Below, one piece after another: positions 12,917 to 25,660 of a stretch of DNA of 64,000 nucleotides; position 1 is the stretch's first letter, and every line of letters begins with the position of its first letter. Made by a program: the position numbers and the translations under genes. The notes under the pieces were generated by a model, which was not told where the DNA came from, did no database searches, and saw only the letters and a program-made list of their open reading frames with translations. Source of the stretch: Octopus bimaculoides. Its lineage: Eukaryota. The stretch is from the NCBI RefSeq assembly GCF_001194135.2, contig NC_068981.1, positions 166,645,549 to 166,709,548 of the forward strand, in the 5' to 3' direction.

Positions 12917-12917
12917 C
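12857..12917. repeat. (GGCA)n tetranucleotide repeat
   Basis: Direct reading; gives the spurious PACLPACL ORF. Confidence 0.95.
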
Positions 12918-13984
12918 TGGCCAGTTGGTCAGTTGGTAGACAGACAGACACTCCCTCATACACCTACATGTGTGTATTCCCACACAAAATCATGCAACAA
13001 TGAAACCTCCACCAATATACCTCAGTTGTTCAATCAACAGATCTACCTTCTCATTAAATTATATTGACTGAGTTGAAAGTAACAGCTACTTATACCTTTA
13101 ATGCAAATCTCTGGCAGAGTCAGCATGACACAATGTGTGACAAGGCCTAACTCTTTGAACTACAAGCACAGTCCATCCAGTGGGCTCCACACACCATTTC
13201 CATTCCCCAATTCCCCTTCAAGGCTTGTATCATCCTTATGGTAGCAACTGTCAAAGATACCAAACAGTAAGACTTAACTTAGAACCTCATGACTATAGTG
13301 CAAACATCTTAACCATTCGACTTTGTCTGCATGACACACATATGCATTCTTGAACAAAGGGGAAAGGAAAAAAAGAGAGAGATGTGTGAGCCAATATACC
13401 AAACATAAGTAAATATCAATAGCTTCTCTTGAAGTTTTTATTATCTCTGGAAGTTTTTAAACAATGAACCCCATTTAACTTTTCACTTGCAGCAAAGTAA
13501 GAGAAAATGTAAAAGACACTTTATATACAGTCTCCTTCCACCATTATATTATAAATAGGATAGTGTATGCATTGTCTATTATATATTGTGCATGCATTGT
13601 GTGTGTTTGTTGTGCATATGTATATGTTGTTTTATGTATTGTGTGTGTGTATGCACATGTTGCTTGTCTCTGTTGTATGTCTGTGTGTTGTACACAGTGT
13701 ATGTTTATTTTGCCTGTGTATATGTTATACATATTTGTTGGTGTTGCATATGTGTGCTGTGTGTCATTTCTCAATTGATTATTTTCATGTTCCCTGAAAA
13801 ACAATTGTTTAACATTGTTTTTTGCAATAACCCTTTATGTCAAGGGCTTCAAAGACTTTTGGTACTGCCTTTTAATTCTGACTAAATAAAAAAAAATGAA
13901 AATCAGATCCCCTGTATATTTAGCAATACTGTTATAATTGCAACACTATTTTTCTTTCTTTTATTATTATTTAATTATAATAAG

Positions 13985-14290
13985 TGAAGGCACGTGGCTT
14001 AGTGGTTAGAGTATTTAGCTTATAATTGTAAGGTTGTGAGTTCAATTCCCAGCAATATGTTTTATCTTTGAGCAAGATGCTTTATTTCACCTCGCTCCAG
14101 TCTACTCAGCTGGCAAATATTAGTAGTACCTGTATTCCAAAGGACCAGCTTTGTCGCATCCTATGTCGTGCTGAATCTATGTTAAGGGTACACGTATCTG
14201 TGGAGTGCTCAACCACTTGCATGTTAATTTCACAAGCACGCTGTTCCGCTGACTGGATGAACTAGAACCCTCATCATTGTAACTGATCCT
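13985..14290 (+). mobile_element. tRNA-derived SINE (family D head; tail shared with 44195-44583)
   Basis: A-box gtggcttagtgg and B-box gagttcaattcc; tail gtggagtgctcaaccacttgcatgttaatttcac matches the reverse complement of 44260-44305. Confidence 0.8.
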
Positions 14291-14689
14291 CTCAGCATCA
14301 GTTATATTACAAGGATCTCACTTAGCTTCTATAGACTTACTAACCCTCAAAGAGGAAGTCCCTTAATTTGAAAGCTAAAAGGAAAACAATTAGTTAACAT
14401 GAAAGAAAGAAAGATCAGGTGATCTGCGGTTGTCCCATTCAGTGATCTTTGTTATTCTTAGGAGGAAGTAAAGAATCTCAGATTCAGTAATAGATTAGGT
14501 TACCATGCTATTGGTGATAATAATAATAAAGAACTAACAAGAACTTGTTCATGAAATGGGGAAATTGTTGATACTGTGGATGGAAGATCACGTATGAAAC
14601 CCCACTCCCATCTTCCCAAGAAAGGTCAAAATGTGTAAGTCTTCCAAGTTTACATCCATATTGACTTATATCTAGTTGGTTGGATCAGA

Positions 14690-15540
14690 ATTGGATCAAG
14701 ACTGGAATAAGCAGGAGAGTCTCTCTTTTATACTTACACAAGGACAGCTTCTATAGAGCACCCCACTGCTTCTCTGGAAGGTGCATTTTGTGTGAAAAAT
14801 TAATTTATATGGTTGCAACCCCACCTACCATACAGCAAAGTAGAACTAGGAAGAGGAAAGTAACCTGGTTTAATCTACCACATACTCTTGAAATCTCCAT
14901 GAACATAGCCAGAAGTTTCCTAATATTGGTTTCAAATTTTGGCACAAGATCAGCAATTTCAGGAGAGGGAATAAGTTGATATCATCAACCCCATTGCTCA
15001 ACTACTACTTATTTATCAACCTCAAGAGGATGAGAGGCAACATAAACCTCAAGGAATTTGAACTCAGAACATAAAGCTGGACAAAATGCTGTTAAGTGTT
15101 TTGCCTGGCATGCTAATGATTCTGCCAGTTCACCACCGTGAAGTTCCCTAATGTTAATAAGACATCATTTCCTACCAACACAAAAATGCTATATTCTCTT
15201 TGCACTCCCACAACATTAAGGTCAGTAACTCATATGGACCACAGCATAGCTTCCCAGATCAAACATAACAATAACAAACACATTCTTACACAGTCACCAC
15301 CACATCAGCCTGTAACTGTTGAAAACTGTCCACATATCCACTCAGGATATCCTGCCTTTCTAAAGAAGTCAGATACCAAGCAACCATAATACTTCATAAT
15401 ATTGAAAAGAATTTTACAGTTCTAATAGTGAACACTTTCAAGAGACACTTTCTTCAACATCACCACTCTTTTAGATCAAGGAACAATGAAAATTATATAT
15501 CTGTCACAATTCATCTAGAACTCAGAGACCAATGATTGAT
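14690..15540 (+). mobile_element. Decayed Penelope-like element (RT end, linker, GIY-YIG remnant), split by a SINE
   Basis: ISRRVS..EKLIY..RKRKVTWFNLP..NIARSFLILV, then HNIKVSNS and FKRH..HHHSFR; resembles the PLE linker RKRKIIWFNPPYS..NIGK.FL..FP..NTIKVSYS and the endonuclease FK.R..NH..SFR. Confidence 0.75.
14936..15137 (-). mobile_element. SINE family B nested in the Penelope-like relic
   Basis: gaatttgaactcagaac...gctaatgattctgccagttcacc is the reverse complement of the family B head. Confidence 0.8.
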
Positions 15541-16344
15541 AGCCAGGCAGCTCCTATGTTGTCACTCAATTTTATAGAAGTAGCAACCAAATTTTCCTTG
15601 AATTTCATCCTAACATCTCAAATATACACATTGAATAATGTAGTCCAGGGTACACTTTGCATTGAAAAAAAAATGGTATGGCCATAGGTCTACTCAAGCT
15701 GAGGGTTAACCTGAAAATAAATGACTACTCATATAATTTATGATTAAATACCTTTCTGTTTTCCTTTCTTTCTTTCTTTCTATCTTTTTTATTTTCCTTT
15801 CTTTCTTTTCTGATAGAGATTTGCACATGAAAGATATGCTACTACAATATAAGTCAACTATCTAGACACAATCTCTGTGATGAGCTATCACTGCAGTTCT
15901 CTATTAAATCCCACAGGATTGAGATTATTATTCACTAGCCAAGACCATTTTGACAATCACCATCCAGAATACCCATACCAACTAGGAAAATGCTAATGTT
16001 CAACTAAATGGAGCATGCTCTGAATACTACAGACTTTAGGAAAAGCAAACTGTACATCATGATCACAAAATAGATTGATGCATTGTGTCTTGTATGCATG
16101 ACCTATGGATCACATCATACATCAAGCATACAAGACATAAATATTTGATCAGATACCTGCTTGTCATAGATCTGTTCAAGCATAAATAACCAAGACAACA
16201 CAACAATAATAAAATTAATAATTGTGTAACTTTAGTGAAGGGTATAGTCAATTAAATCAACCATAGTGGTAATGGTGATTATAAAAGCAGTAGTTCTGAG
16301 TTCAAAGCTTGTTGCAAACATCATATCAAATAATGGTTTCACAT

Positions 16345-16545
16345 TTTGCACAAAGCCAGCAAATTTGTGGTAAGTCAATTACATTGACCCCAGTACTCAA
16401 CTAGTACATATTTTATTGACTCCGAAAGGATGGAAGGTAAAGTCATCCTCAGCAGAATTTGAATTCAGAATGTAAAGATGGATGAAATGCTACTAAGCAT
16501 CTTGCCCTGCATGCTTACGATTCTGCCAGCATACCACCTTGAACA
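16345..16545 (-). mobile_element. SINE family B
   Basis: gaccccagtactcaactagtac..gaaaggatggaaggtaaagtc..gcagaatttgaattcagaa..gattctgccagc. Confidence 0.8.
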
Positions 16546-16766
16546 TCTTATTAAATAATACTGAGGCAAGACTCAGATTGTTTACTTCTTTCAACAGAAC
16601 TGAATATAAATCATGCTTACTTACATAGACTTAATTGTTGATTGATTAGTGTTTGAAAGGGCATTTGCTAAAATGTGGAGATATACCATCCAATATGAGT
16701 CAGGAGTAGACATGTTAAAATTACCACTTTTCTTCCAAAATATAAGAAAATTTAGTTTTTTTCCTC

Positions 16767-16798
<32 letters not shown>

Positions 16799-17339
16799 CC
16801 TTGTGTGTGTGTGTGTGTACACACACACAAACATATGCATATAATTTCCATATTAATTGTTAAACATCGAAATTATTGATTGTTAACTTGAAGTTAATTA
16901 AATTGCTTAGCCCCATGTAAGCCCTAATTGAACAAACCTGATCAAAGAGATTTCAACCATGAGTATCTCATACTTATTAGCAGACTATATTATACAACAT
17001 GTTCTTTCTTGTCTTCTGCTCCCACACTCACTTTTAATGAAAAGATAGTAGTGTATGTTTAGATAGAGATTTGGTTACTTTTTCTAGCAGGTTGAGCAAC
17101 AGTTTGGAAGTTTTCTCATTGATTTGTTTAATTAAATATTATATTATGTTGAAGAACTAATAATTACTGATGATTAACCAGTTTTATCTCTATTCAGATT
17201 TTTTTTTCCCTTCATGTTCTCTGGATTAAAAACTCAATTTTTCTCATACGTGCATGTTTTGCTAAATTCAAAATGTATGACATTTGCAGAATTATATAGA
17301 AGCTAACCAATTCTCTTTTATCCTAATTTATGTTTTCAG

Positions 17340-17483
17340 TAAGAGATACAACATGGGAGATGCTGCTAGTGAGCTGGTGCTACGAGGTTATCGTAAGATA
17401 ATACCTCCTCCCAATGGCCTACAGACACTGAAATACGCTTTTCCACATGTCGATAAATCTCTGGTGTACAGTATATGGATGGC
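17340..17483 (+). CDS. Exon A of a multi-CUE-domain (ubiquitin-binding) protein
   Basis: ttttcag| acceptor and gc|GTGAGT donor; 144 nt, phase 2-2; KRYNMGDAASELVLRGYRKIIPPPNGLQTLKYAFPHVDKSLVYSIWMA = end of CUE1 plus start of CUE2 (FP motif). Confidence 0.85.
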
Positions 17484-18799
17484 GTGAGTTTTTATTTTCT
17501 TTTTCCTCCTCTTCCTTCTGCTAATTGGTGCTAGTGGTTTTAGTATGCTTTTTTTTTCGTTCCAAGTTTATCCTCATCATTTGATTACAATCAGCTATAA
17601 CTGAAACCTTCCTCAACTAAATATATATATTATCAATCTTTTATCATAGAGGGCTCTATATTATTATTTATCAGAAAGTAATAACAGAATTTACGATTCA
17701 ACACACAGTATTTATTGATGGATTTTATTTATTTATTCATTCATTTATTATGAAATAGTGAATGGTTGAAACCGTGTTTCATATCATAGAATGCTCAATA
17801 ATATATTCTGAAAATATTGTTAAGTTACTTTATATGAATATTGTGAAGGAAACAATGGCCCTGATAATCCAGCAGTTGTAGTGATGGTGGCAATGGTGAT
17901 TGTAGTGATGGTGGCGGCAGTGGCAGAAGTGGTGGTGGTGGTGGTAGATAAAATTGACTAGCTTTGAGGTTAAGGTACTAGACTATTACTGACCACATAA
18001 TGAAACTTTAGAACAACCATTTTGTTATGTCTCTGTCCTTGAATAAGCTATACTTACTTCCGTTGCTTGGCTGACAAAAACTGGTTCTACTCCTATTTCA
18101 TGTTTAGTTAACTCTAAGATGGATATCCACCTTTGAAAACATTTTCTCCAACAAGATCTACTCTAACCATACTAGAATGGAAAAAAAGAAAGAAATGGAA
18201 AACAGGAAGGAGTAAAAATGGCTATCAGTGTTAAAAAGAATTGGGAAATACATATAAAGAGAAGATATTGATTACTCTCAGTTCTGCTGGAATAAAAGTA
18301 ATAATAACTTGCAATAATCATCACCATCATTTTCATTGCATGAACAAAGACAAGCCTCTATTACAAAAACAATGTTTTATGGTTGCAAGTTTGATTATGG
18401 ATCACATGTTTTGCATGAAGTTTTCCCTTCCCTTCTAGCAATATTATTTAGTCAAAAATATCATGCCAATTAACATGTTTATTTGTAGTTACTTATTAAC
18501 CTAACACCATAAATGAAACTTTGTGTGGTGTAAGATTTTCACTTTCGCCTTTGTTAAATTTAAACGAAAAACTTGTTACTAGAACTGTTGTTGTTTTATA
18601 AGAAAAAATGTGTAAGTGGTGAAAATTGACCCAGTGTATGTGTAACTCACAATCACCTTTGTTTCTTGAGTAATAGAAAGAATTTTTAAATCACATTCAA
18701 CCATGAAAATTTGTTTTGATAATTGATCCTGTATAGTTTCGGTTTGAACTACAGAAAAGTATTATAACGTAGCAGATGATGCATTTTAAAGTATTGTTA

Positions 18800-19910
18800 T
18801 AGCTTGATAGAAACTCCATAAGATGTACCTGGTGTATGCTATGGACACATAAGAGGTGCAGTAATATCAAAGGAAGGTTAACTGGGAAGATAGTTTTTGT
18901 GTGTGCACAGGGGTAATAAACACCAAAGATGTAGAGAAAACTGATTCCATCACATGCCAGAGGGAAAAACTATAAGTAGTTGATAGCTTCCATCACCTAG
19001 GTGACCAAGTCAGTAGCAGGGGTGAATGCTCTGAGAACATAGCTTCTAGAATAAGAATAACCTGGGCAAAGTTCAGGGAGCTCCTACCTCTGCTGGTAAT
19101 AAAGGGCCCCTCACTCAGAGTGAAAGGTAGACTGTATGATGCATGTGTGCAAACAGCCATGCTACACGGTAGTGAATCATGAGCTGTGACTGCATAGGCT
19201 TGAAAGAAATGAAGCTAGTATGCTCTGCTGGATGTGTAATGTCAGTGTGCATATACAACAGAGTGTAAGCACCCTGAGAGAAAAGTTGGACATAAGAAGC
19301 ATCAGATGTGATATACAAGAGAGACAACTGTGTTGGCATGGTCATATATTGCATATGGATGAGGACAGCTGTGTGAAGAAGTGTTACACCCTAACAGTGG
19401 AAGGAACCTATGGAAGACCTGGATGAGGTGGTGAAGCACAACCTTCGAACATTGGCCTCACAGAGGTGATGACAAGCGGCCAAGACCTTTGGAGATCATA
19501 GCCATGGCCAATGTCGCATACCCGGCCTATTTAAAAGTACCCTTCAATCGTGGGGCAATGTGCCGTGCTTGAGAAGACCTATTGAGTCAAGCAAAATCAT
19601 AGTCATGGCCAATGCCAGTGTTGCCTAACTGGCACCCATGCCAGTGGCACGTAAAAAGCATCATTCGAGTGTAGTCAATGGCAGTGCCGCCTGACTGACC
19701 CGTGTGCCAGTGGCACATAAAAAGCACCCACTACACTCTCAGAGTGGTTGGTGATAGGAAGGGCTTCCAGCTATAGAAACATTGCCGAATCAGATTGGAG
19801 CCTGGTGCAGCCTCTTGGCTTGCCACACTTCAGTCAAACCATCCAACCCATGCCAGCATGGAAAGCAGACATTAAACAATGATCATCATCATGATCATGA
19901 TCACGATGAT
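18800..19910 (+). mobile_element. RTE LINE 3' portion with UTR tail
   Basis: HKRCS..GRL, DSFHHLGDQ, WAKFRELLPLL, LRVKGRLYDACV, WHGHILHMDEDSCVKKC; stops and frameshifts; tail ends in (GAT)-type repeats. Confidence 0.9.
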
Positions 19911-21170
19911 ATAAAGTATTTGAAGATATCGTTCTATGTTAATATATAAAGTATTTGAAGATATCATTACAGCTTCATAAAGAATTCTTTTAAATCTGAA
20001 TAATATGATCAAATATATTATGATCCAATACTATAACATGGTAAAATATTTTAAAATCTCACAACTTTTAAATATTAAAGTTTGTAACTTTAATACTTGA
20101 AAACCATTTGGAAACCAAGATTTTCTGTTGCTTATCTGCTTCCATAACCCAATGATTGGAACTGAAAAGATAAAGTATTCTTCATGGTTATTTGATTAGG
20201 GTGTTGGATTATTGACTACATGTAATGGCTTCAAACACTTTGTTGCACCCTTATGGAAGACATATTGTTCTGCTTGCCATGATATGCTTTGCTGAAAATA
20301 AAGCTGAGTGGTTGGCAATCACAAGAGCATCCAGCTCTGTAAATATTTTCTCTGAGAATATGCAAACATCCAAACCTGATTAAAATTATTCACTTCATAT
20401 CAGCATTCAAAGAATATAAAATAAAAACGATTAAAAACTGAACTATTAACAGGAAAATAATTTTGTACTACTTCATATGATTAGTTCATATTAACAAGCA
20501 TATGTATGTGCACACTTGGATGCATCAAAACACTTTAAAGTCATAATTGCTTTATTATTGACAGGCTAATTTATACTTAATTCATCACAGGCCCATAGCC
20601 TACAAATGTCCAGATAGCTTACTGTCAAGTGAAATGCTGCTTCTTTGCCACCCAAACAAAATAGTCACTTTAAACTTGTGGTGTGCTTAAAAAGAAAAAA
20701 AAAATTACAATTCTAGCTGAAATCTAGTTGAAATATCCAATTGGTTAGGTATTCATTGATCCGTATTGGTTTTACTGTCTTTTGGCGATATTTTTACTAC
20801 CTATCTAATAAATCAATATTCCATCTATGAGACTGATAAATGTCATGTACATTGCATGATTGATTTTGTATATCCTGGTCTGTGGAAATATTTTAGCTAA
20901 ATAGACTTTCAATGTTCACATGAATTCCACAGTGAATTAGGTTAATTTCATGTAAATCATATTGAAATTTTTTGTTTACAGAAGTTACCAAGTCTTCATA
21001 TTCTAGAAGAAATTTCATAAGGAAAAAGATATAAGAAACAATAAAAATAATGATTTAAAATTGTAACTGAATTTCTACAAATTTTTTGTTCTATATATGT
21101 TTTGTTCTGATTATTTTTGAACTTTCTGTGACAGTAACATATAAAAGATTTAGCATAATAAAGCACAAAG

Positions 21171-21215
21171 TCTTCTTCTTCTTCTTCTTCTTCTTCTTCT
21201 TCTTCTTCTTCTTCT

Positions 21216-21262
<47 letters not shown>

Positions 21263-21313
21263 TTCTTCTTCTTCTTCTTCTTCTTCTTCTTCTTCTTCTT
21301 CTTCTTCTTCTTC
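21171..21313. repeat. (TTC)n trinucleotide tract, ~47 units with one interruption
   Basis: Direct reading; gives the poly-E, poly-K and poly-F ORF artefacts. Confidence 0.98.
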
Positions 21314-22705
21314 AGCTTCAGGAGAAATGTACAATAGTTGTAATGTTTAACACTGAGGTATTTGTGATATGAAAACATCTTGTTTTTCAGCTTTACTGTT
21401 TGAACTAACTTATATTTCTCACACTGGCACGAAGCTATGCATTTATAGAGGCTAGATCTAATGAAATGAAACCGATATGATCCTCAGTTCATGCCTGATA
21501 CTTATTTTGTCACTCATAGAAGGAATGAAAGATAAAACCCAACCTCATCAGTTCTATGATTAGATTAAATCTCACTTCCATCCTTTGCTGTTGTTTGTAT
21601 CCCATTTGTAGCTTCAAACATGAGAGTAAACAAGAATAACAGCTTGGTGCTGGAGGATTGAGAGGCTTTTCAAAATAGATTCTCTCTCTCCCTCCGTCTC
21701 GCAATGATCTAGTTGGAGAGAGAGTATGTATATGTGTGCTTGTGGGAGGGGTTGAAGTGAGAAAAACGTTTTTGTTATGAATGAATAAATAACAGGATCA
21801 GATATAGAAATCAATACCCCAGTGTACCTTATGTATTGATACTTCAGTGAGTTTCCTTAATGACTATTAAACAAGCGATATATCCCTATAATGTCTATAT
21901 ATTTACATCATCATTTTTATTGACTCTTAATTAGATTTTGTCATGCTCTCTGCCTTGAAATATGCCAACACTAGCTTAACTATTGTTTTTGATACAGCTA
22001 ACATCTTTTCAGTTAACCTCAGTGAATTATTTTTTTTTTAAATATGCTAATTTTTCACATCATTTCATATAATATTGATCATTGTCTTAATGATTCTCTC
22101 ATCACTACTATGACAAGCATGGTAAAGGCTATACTTTGCTGTACTACCAAAACATGTCCTGAATTGTCTCTTCTGCTGAGATTATTAAAACCGATTAGTC
22201 TTTGAGCTAATGTTGCCTTTTCTTCACCACATAAATATTTCTAATTAACTTTTTGATGCTCATTACATTGAAAATGTTAACACTAACTTGAGTATACTTA
22301 TTAGTTTTAGCTAGAGCTAGGAAAAAGCAGTCAAAATTTAGAAATTAACCTTTTTCTTTTAGCTTTCAACTTTACCTTTTATTAATTGATCATATTTTTA
22401 AAATTTTATCTATCAATGTTTCTGTTATACAAATTGTGTGCGTGTTTATGTGTATACAGAAACATTTCGAAACAAATGTCTGTCACAACCTATATCAATA
22501 TTATTTATTTGTGTAACTTCTGCCATTCATTCTTCTGGGATCAATAAAATATAGTACTAGTCAATGGCATCAACTAATCCCACCCACCAAAATTGCTGGC
22601 CTTCTGCCAAAATACAAAACAATTTTCATCATCGTCATTATCCTCATCACTATTATTATTATTATTATTATTATTATTTACTTTTAATCTGCATCTTTGT
22701 TACAG

Positions 22706-23017
22706 TCACTTGCCGAGACACACCTAGTGTCCTGGGGCGAGTGAAGGATAAGAGATGTTACAGTATGACTAAAAGCTTGGGGAGGGGAGGTAGTGAAATA
22801 TCTTCATGTAATACAGACATTTAAATGGATAAAGTTTTTCTAAGGATGTGGGCAGTACTTGTCAGCACAATCTTTTGGATTTCTCTGAAACATGGTTCTC
22901 CTGGGATCTTATCTAGATGTTTCTGACATCCCTTTTTTATCATAACTAGGGCACCTACAACAGCAGGAACAGTTCTCGTTTTAAGATGCCACATCTTTTG
23001 TATTTCAATTTCTAGGT
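22706..23017 (-). mobile_element. R4/Dong-like non-LTR retrotransposon, 3' tip (copy 1)
   Basis: ORF 22821..23042 DLEIEIQKMWHLKTRTVPAVVGALVMIKKG..IQKIVLTSTAHILRKTLSI = end of the restriction-like endonuclease (REL); 5' end abuts (TAA)6. Confidence 0.85.
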
Positions 23018-23039
23018 CATTATTATTATTATTATTCAA

Positions 23040-24190
23040 CATTTGGTAGTTTCAGGTAAATTTCTACTGCATCACCTGTGACACCTCCATGTTGCTGGGA
23101 TATGTGCAGCATTGTGTGTTCTTTTTGGTTGTTAGGAGTGTGAAAACTCTTCCCATTATTGTATTGCATTAGTTTCTTTTTTTAATAGGGTGTGGTACAG
23201 CTTTTTGTTGTATTAATGTTTGTATTATGTGTTTTGTGTGTAGTGCATTGGGTAATGACCTGCTGGTGGTAGTTTATTTCATTGAATATTTGCTATATAG
23301 AGTGTGTCTTGTGTTTGTGGGTTGTTTTGTGTAGATTGTATTATTGAATTGATAATGTCTTGCATAGGATGTGGGCTATTCTCTAGCAGGGCTGATTTTT
23401 GAATAGTTTATAGTGCTGAGGGTCCAGGTATAGCTTCTATGTTTTTGTTCATGTTTTTTTTTTCATCATGCCCAATGTGCCAATTATTACTGGTATTGTT
23501 TTCACCTTCATGCCGCACATCTTGAATATTTCAATTTCAAGGTCTCATTACTTTGACAATTTCTCCACTTCTTTTTGGATAATATTTGGGTCAGAAGAAT
23601 GTCTATCACTAAGCAAGTGTTTTTTTCCCAGTCATTGATTATTGTCTGGGAAATTAGCTTTTATTTCTTTGCTGGTTTGAACAGGCATATTCCAGATTAT
23701 TGTAGCTTGGTCGTTGTATTGTACCTTGTTTGGCACATGTTTATACTATTTATTGTCAGTTTTTATGTTGTAGTGTTGGCATATAGTCCAGTGGGTATAA
23801 CTACTTATTCAGTCATGTCTGTATATATATATTCAAATTTGGCATGGACTAGACAGCTAGAGATGATGTGGTAAACTGTTTAATTGTGTTGGTTGAACAT
23901 TCTGCATTTGGTGTTAGGGCCTGTTTTCAATATTTTGCTTTTATAGCTGTTGGTAGTCAGACACTGGTTTTGTGCAGTGAGAATCAGTCCCTCCATTTCA
24001 GCTTTTAGTCCAGAGCTTTTGAGCCATTGTTAGCTTTTACTTAGGCTCACTTCTCTGTCAAGCCTTGCAGAGTATTGGCCATGGAGTGACTTTTCTCTCA
24101 ATTATTATTTTACTTCTCAAGAGTTCTCGCTCTTGTTTGCTCTGCTTCTTTCTGTAAGAGTGGACAGCAACCTGTTGTCAGAGGTCTCAC
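23040..24190 (-). mobile_element. R4/Dong-like element, decayed 3' part (copy 2)
   Basis: Reverse complement gives LHGQY..QWLKSSGLKAEMEGLI, HWTICQHYNIKTDNK.YKHVP, EKLSK..DLEIE, TIPVIIGTLGMMKK, with stops. Confidence 0.75.
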
Positions 24191-24199
24191 AGGGTCTCT

Positions 24200-24670
24200 T
24201 TCCATAAATTATTAGCTTTGGTATCGGGATGCTATTGTGCAAGACACTCAACACCCAAGCACCAATCTCAAAGTCCTAGCCGTCCCCAATAGAGCAGTTT
24301 TTTGGGGCCTGCCCCGCCCTCATGTCAATTCCAGTTTCTCCGTCATATTTCTCGAACCTGGTTGTTAGCATTCCGAGTGCCCCTACAACTATTGGGATAG
24401 CTCTCCTCATTGCCCACATTCTTACAATTTCGCCTTTTAGTAGTCTGTATTCTCCACCTTTTCCAGTTCTTTGTCATTTACATGGGCATCTCCATGTATG
24501 ACAGTAACTATGATTTTGGTTTCCTTTTTCATGTTATCCACCACAACAATGTCTGGTCTCTGAGCATTGTTTAGGGAGTCACATTGGATAGTAAAATCCC
24601 ACAGGATCTTATATTCATTGTCTTCAGTGACACCCTCTGGTTCATGTTTGTACCGTTTCTGTGCTGTGCC
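24200..24670 (-). mobile_element. R4/Dong-like REL fragment (copy 3, different subfamily)
   Basis: ORF 24437..24787 YKHEPEGVTEDNEYKILWDFTIQCD..RPDIVVVD..KELEK; 5' end abuts (TAA)n at 24671. Confidence 0.85.
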
Positions 24671-24705
24671 CATTATTATTATTATTATTATTGTTGTTGT
24701 TATAA

Positions 24706-24918
24706 TAAGGCAGCAAGTGGCAGAATCATTAGCATGCCAGGCAAAAAACTTAGCAGCATTTCGTCTGTCCTTATGTTCTGAGTTCAAATTCTGCTGAGGT
24801 CAACTTTGCCTTTCACCCTTTCAGGGTCAATAAATTAAGAGCCAGTGAAACACTGGGGTCAGTGTACTTGACTAGTCTCCTCTGCCAAATATCAGGCCCT
24901 GTGCCTTTAGTTGAAAGG

Positions 24919-24920
<2 letters not shown>
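24706..24920 (+). mobile_element. SINE family B
   Basis: aaggcagcaagtggcagaatcattagc..gagttcaaattctgc..caactttgcctttcaccctttcagggtcaataaattaag..gttgaaagg; (TTA)n on both sides. Confidence 0.9.
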
Positions 24921-24951
<31 letters not shown>

Positions 24952-24952
24952 A

Positions 24953-25162
24953 GGCAGCGAGCTAGCAGAATCATTAGTATGCCAGGCGAAATGCTTAGTG
25001 GTATTTCGTCTGTCCTTATGTTCTGAGTCCAAATTCTGCCAAGGTCGACTTTGCATTTCATCCTTTTGGGAGTCAATAAATTAAATACCAGTGAAACACT
25101 GGGGTCAATGTGATCGATTATCCCCCCCACTGCCCCAAATTTCAGGCCTTGTGCCTTTAGTA
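24953..25162 (+). mobile_element. SINE family B (tandem with the previous copy)
   Basis: aaggcagcgagctagcagaatcattag..gtcgactttgcatttcatcc..ttcaggccttgtgcctttagtag. Confidence 0.9.
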
Positions 25163-25250
25163 GAGCACCTACAATAACAGGAACAGTTCTCGTTTTAAGA
25201 TGCCACAGCTTTTGTATTTCAATTTCCAGGTCCTTATATTTACTTCTGTT
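25163..25250 (-). mobile_element. R4/Dong-like REL fragment (copy 4)
   Basis: 64 of 68 nt identical to 22951-23018 by hand alignment. Confidence 0.85.
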
Positions 25251-25479
25251 TTTTTGGAAATGTCACTTACTTGAAAGTCTGTGCTATACGTTACCACAAA
25301 ATTTGTCATATCAGCAGATATATGAACAAAAACAGTTCTGAGTCACAGTCAGTTGAATGCTCGAATAAAGATGAAAATTTTTTGAAAAGGGTAATGATAG
25401 GTGACAAAATGTAGGTGTAGGATTAGGATCTTGAAACAAAAAGGCAGGGGCCAATTTCAAATGATAGGAAAGATCAAAA

Positions 25480-25660
25480 TAACTTTGCTATTGTGGAGGT
25501 CTTATTGCACAGTTCTACCTGCATCATTCCTCTTCCCATATTACTTCTAGGTAGGTACAGACAATCAACATCTGCTTTTAAGTGGTGCATGTTCTTAGAA
25601 GTTAGTATTTTTCTTGTCTTCCTATCCAGGTGTTGGAGCTCTGTAAGATTCCAGTTAATG
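25480..25660 (-). mobile_element. R4/Dong-like fragment from the region after RT (copy 5)
   Basis: Reverse complement INWNLTELQHLDRKTRKILTSKNMHHLKADVDCLYLPRSNMGRGM (the HPKADVDRLYLPR..GGRG motif); 5' end abuts (TAA)n at 25663. Confidence 0.85.

Noticed and set aside
20996-21378. Poly-E, poly-K and poly-F ORFs
   Set aside because: Translations of the (TTC)n tract; no coherent splice context.
16623-25340. Several - strand exon-like segments with good splice sites (16623-16665, 18059-18114, about 18135-18175, about 20625-20687, about 25273-25340)
   Set aside because: Short, no recognisable domain and no unique phase-consistent chain; pseudo-exons like these are expected in AT-rich introns. Worth revisiting only with stranded RNA-seq.
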